A stretch of 64,000 bases of DNA from Isurus oxyrinchus (Eukaryota): contig JANJGN010000009.1 of NCBI GenBank assembly GCA_026770705.1, forward strand, positions 166,222,001 through 166,286,000, in the 5' to 3' direction. Within the stretch, counting starts at the first letter, position 1. Each line of letters starts with the position of its first letter. The translations under genes were made by a program, and so were the position numbers. Below are positions 56,507-64,000 of this stretch, one piece after another. Under the pieces are notes generated by a model that did no database searches, was not told the DNA's origin, and saw only the letters and a list, made by a program, of their open reading frames with translations.

Positions 56507-59500
56507 ATAAATCCTTCCATGTCCCTCCTAATGCTCATGTGGTGAATGCTGATTCACTTTGGTGCTTCAAATGAGCTGCATCTGTTCGGGGCTGGGTTCG
56601 AGATCACCTTGTACTAAAAAGTAATCCAAGTCCAGATCAATGTGTGTTCCTGGTTAAACGGGTGACAGAGGAATTTTTCAATTTTGATTTCCTGAGTTTA
56701 TATTTAATTTCTTCCCTCTCCCCAGAGATTACATGGTTCCAGATGGACAGGGAGAGTCTGTACCGTGAGGCATAAGGCATCACAACTCCATGGCCAGGCT
56801 AAATCACCCAGTTGGGCTTTTCCATTTCTTGGAAAAGAAATAAATGATACGTGTACTTTGATAAAGGCAGGTAAGCAGGATTTTTCACCACTGAAAATGC
56901 AGAGGCAAAGATTTACTCAGATACCATACAGGTAATTTTCAAGTTTGTTCCTGGTAGCTTATTATATTGTTTTGTCTGTTACTGATGTAAAACCATTTGC
57001 ATTCTCCCAAAATAGATTCTTCACCAGCTGAATGTGGGCACTATGCTGGCATGTTTCCAAACCAGTGGAATCTGTCCATGACTCTTTTGTTTTAAAGCCT
57101 TTAAGGCAGTAGAAAGCTTCCATCTCATTAAAGTTGAGATCCATATACACAGTTGGATTATTGGGTTGGAAGTTATCATTTCCAGTGAATACTTCAAGAA
57201 ACTAAACTTTAACATTGACTTATCTTTCAGATGCTGATCTCCTGTACATTCCTGATATATGATACATTTAATTTCATCACATCTTGGCTCAGAATTTGCA
57301 GTAGTAGTAACAGTGATGCTGCCAGTGCTTGCTATTATTACAGTGTCAAGCTGACAGCATCGTCTGGTATTCGCATATGCACAGTTAAACGTGTAAATCA
57401 GGAAGTTGCTGTCAGTGATACGCTGCTTTGCCACAGGCTGCATTGCTGCAGCCTTTACAGGGTTATACTCTTTGAAGTTTAGAAGAATGAGAGGTGATCT
57501 TATTGTAACATAATAAGATTCTGAGGGGGATTGACAGGGTAGATGTTGAGAGGAAGTTTCCTGTCATGGGGAATCTGGAACTATGGAGCATAGTTTCCAA
57601 ATAAAAGACATCTCCCATTTAAGACAGAGATGAGGAGGAATTTCTTCTCCCAGAGGCTCATTAATCTTTGGAATTCTCTTTCCCAGAGAGCAGTACAGCC
57701 TGGCTCATTCAATATATTCAATGCTGAGCTAAAGAGGTTTTTGATATACAAGGCAGTTAAAGGCTGTGTGAGGTAGGCAGGATAGTGGAGTTGAGGCCAC
57801 ATACAGATCAGCCATGATCTTATTGAATTGTGGAGCAGTCTTGAGGGGCTGAATATGCTACTCCTGCTCGAATGTTTTATGTTCTTATTCAGCAACATCT
57901 CTGGCCTTGGAAAAACACATTTTGCAAGTGGCTCATTGCCTCAGGAGAACATTTAGAAGTTGCATCTTTTTAATAAAATCTTTTTAAAGTTTTAGTTCTG
58001 ATACTTATGATTCTCCCTTAACTCCATAAGTATCTCTCAATTTGTGCGTTGCTTTTTGTACATTGATTTAAATATTCCCTGCATTTCACTTCCTGCATTG
58101 CTGTCTGTGACAATTCTTCAATCAGATTGGGTGATCAGCCTGCCTTTGCCTGTCCTATCTCTGGATGCCACAGATCCACTGTTAAAGGTCCCAAATTGAA
58201 ACTAACATTGGGAAAGAGGATATCTACATTCCAGAGCTGATCAAATCTATGTGGATAACTTTTGTTAAGGACGTGGACGATGCTGTCCCATTACAGCTGA
58301 CTTGAAAATATGTGTGATTGCTTCTTACAATCTTGGGAAACATTGCCGACCATTTTAGAATATCTAGACCAGGGTGCACTGAAATTCAATCTGAAATGGA
58401 AATCACAGAATCACAGGATTTTAACGGCACAGAAGGAGGCCATTCTACCCATCGTGTCTGCAGTGGCTCTGCAAATGAGCATTATGACCTAGTGCCATTG
58501 CCTTGCCTTTTCCCCGTAACCTTGCACATTGTTTCTATGCAAATAATCTTCAAATGTCCTCCTGAATACCTCGATTAAACCTCCCTTCACCACACTTGGA
58601 GGCAGTGCATTCCAGACCCGACCCACTTGTTGCGTAAAAATGCTGTTTCTCACGTCACATTTGCTTCTTTTGAAATTCACTTTAAATTGTGCCCTCTTGT
58701 TCTTCATCCTTTTACAAGCGCGAATGGGTTGTCCCCATCTACTCTGTCCAGCCCCCTCATGATTTTGAACATCTCCATCAAATCTCCTCGTCGCCTTCTT
58801 CTCTCCAAGGAGAACAGCCCCAACCTCTCCGATCTATCTTCGTAGCTGAAATTTCTCATCCCCGGAAACACTTTTGTAAACCTCTTCTGCACTCTCTCCA
58901 ATGTGTTCACATCCTTCCTATAATGTGGGGCCCAGAAGTACACACAACGCTCTTGTACACTATGCCATAATATCCAGCATCTTGAATCAATGGGATCTTG
59001 TATTAGAATTACTCTGAGATGTAAATACAACCAGAACGAGACTTCATCAGGACACGTCCAATTTTCTGAGGATATTATTCAACAAACACTTCTCATGTGA
59101 TCTACAAATTCCTACCTGTGTTTGGCAAATTTTGACATGAGTGGATCACCTCACAAGACAGTTCAAATGTGAAATGTATTCAGGCTCCACCACACACAGA
59201 AGTAAAAGGAACAAGAAACAGGAAAACTGGGAGTATGCATTGCATGTTGATATTTTATTGAACAATTTTAAGAATGATTGTAATGAAGAGAAAAGGAGAG
59301 AAAAGGCTGCTGTGTGATGTTAGGATCACATTTACATCAAATCAGGTTTCACTGCAGAGGTCATCCACATTCAGCAGAAATGTGTATGTCACTGGAGTGA
59401 ATCACTGCACCAATAATATATCACGGCTGAATGTCAGAACCAAAAGATAACTGAGTGAAAGTGCTACACAATCAGAGAGGGAATATAATTAGACCGTATC

Positions 59501-59807
59501 AACATTCTCATTTCCAATCCAGAACCAGTGTCCTTAGTCTGTTCCTATAAAAACACACAGTGACAAGGCATTTCTTTAATTATTATTTCTATTTTCCTTG
59601 ATTTTCAGCTGTGATTTAGTGCAGAATTCTGCTGAGCACGAACCACAGCCAATTGCCAATTGTATATATTTGTTTGTTGTTATTCAAGAGATGATGACTT
59701 CCTCTATTACACTCTGCAGCCAGGTGACAACTGCTGCACTGGAGAGTCATGTGATGGCTTAAAATGCAGATCAGGGTGTGCTTTTAATGAGAATACGGAT
59801 GAAGAAA

Positions 59808-63842
<4,035 letters not shown>

Positions 63843-64000
63843 TCATGAAATTAATAAAAAGACATTTCAACATTTAGTCTAATATGACAAGAAACTTCTG
63901 TGCCAGAAAAGAATCAATTACTCACATTTTTAAAAGTTTCTATTTTTAACAAGCACCCACCCAATTTTCTTAGGAATGAGGTCCTGAGAATGTGAGGAGG

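Overview
Eukaryotic genomic DNA, most likely from a cartilaginous fish (HE1-type and SacSINE-type SINEs, CR1-clade LINEs, Penelope elements). The window is a head-to-tail tandem array (period about 15-21 kb) of four near-identical minus-strand, 9-exon pepsinogen genes (pepsin-family A1 aspartic proteases). Their signal peptide and prosegment look like fish pepsinogen A, and the mature domain has several cathepsin-E-like traits. Copies 1 (4009-11923) and 2 (18708-28041) splice cleanly to 385-aa ORFs. Copy 3 (39478-48553) appears to be a young pseudogene: exon-7 acceptor AG>AA, YWQI>DWQI, WILGD>RILGD and two private Penelope insertions. Copy 4 (exons 4-9, 59808-63823) runs off the right edge. 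The spacers and introns are built from decayed retroelements. The most unusual signal is six copies of a minimal type-I hammerhead-ribozyme-like motif with a non-canonical CUGUCGA core, all in Penelope terminal repeats. One sits in a 102-bp insertion that is little more than the ribozyme, and one lies sense to a pepsinogen pre-mRNA. Other signals: a templated inverted duplication, a Penelope-associated 1.5-kb target deletion, a CR1 with twin-priming geometry, a mosaic (gene-conversion-like) history of the units, and amino-acid diversification at substrate-binding loops. Exon coordinates were read by hand from splice sites; repeat boundaries are approximate.
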